Source: Asterionella formosa
Taxonomy: Eukaryota
Reading direction: 5' to 3'
Assembly (NCBI GenBank): GCA_002256025.1
Contig: NKIB01000371.1
Span: 1-33,281 of the forward strand
Length of the DNA: 33,281 bases
The position numbers and the translations under genes are program-made. Shown piece by piece: positions 32,683 to 33,281 of the stretch. Position 1 is the first letter of the stretch. Each line of letters opens with the position of its first letter. A model generated the notes under the pieces. It worked only from the letters and a program-made list of their open reading frames with translations. It was not told where the DNA came from and ran no database searches.

Positions 32683-33281
32683 TTTTGTAAAATGTACACT
32701 AATCTGGAACAAAAGTGATGTGCTGAGTTGATGAGTGCAAATGATGGGGATGTGTAATACCTGTAGATTATATCATACCGTAATTGGTAAAATTAAACCC
32801 AAGTTGTATTTTCCCGTAGGCCTCTGGTATGTGTCTACTGGGTCATGTTAATACTGGCACGGTATTGATCTGAAAATACTAGTGGAAGCACCGTGTTACA
32901 ACAGTATTTGCCGGTACCTGGTACCTGGTACTCGGTACTTCGGTATGCAGCAGCAGTAAGGAGAGGAAGGTGTGACTGATGGGACACCAACAGCAGGTGA
33001 AGGAGGGAAATCTGAGCTGCCAGTTTGCTTTTGGAACTATATACTTGGGTTGCACTGCCTCCCAGCAGATCGAGATGCAATGTCACCTAGTTTTGATACC
33101 AATGTGGATGACAGCAGCCAGTCGACTCTCGTCTTGAAGGAGTGTTGACTCCGCCCTGACTACTAGTTATTGGTGGTAGCAGGAGTGACAAGTATGCAGA
33201 ATGATGATTGAGAGTCCAGAAATGCCTCAAATGTGGTGTTTGAAGAACTTTTCAACAATTAACAAGTTGATGAACCAACAG

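Overview
AT-rich eukaryotic nuclear DNA, most likely from a diatom. This is inferred from short GT-AG introns, signal-peptide plus transit-peptide presequences, and stramenopile-type gene and transposon families. Intact genes: an atypical Hsp70 with only the nucleotide-binding domain, a membrane-anchored LRR protein, a cupin-DUF952 fusion, a PEX4-like E2, S-adenosylmethionine decarboxylase (AdoMetDC), two tandem small RVxF-motif paralogues, a carotenoid oxygenase, an XRCC3-like RAD51 paralogue, the ribonucleotide reductase large subunit (3 exons) and a probably plastid-targeted SHMT. Decayed elements: a DUF6818/Myb-like pseudogene, a Crypton-type tyrosine-recombinase transposon, and an ~8.5 kb nest of non-autonomous DNA transposons (16477-25027). 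The most interesting signal is absent from the ORF track: the AdoMetDC 5' leader appears to encode a spliced 28-aa uORF (MPSGAILVAVPIVLAEAAKFVRVQAFLS, ending UCC-UGA) interrupted by a long, hairpin-rich intron. This is a candidate polyamine/SAM-responsive control system. All assignments are by eye; no database search or folding program was run.
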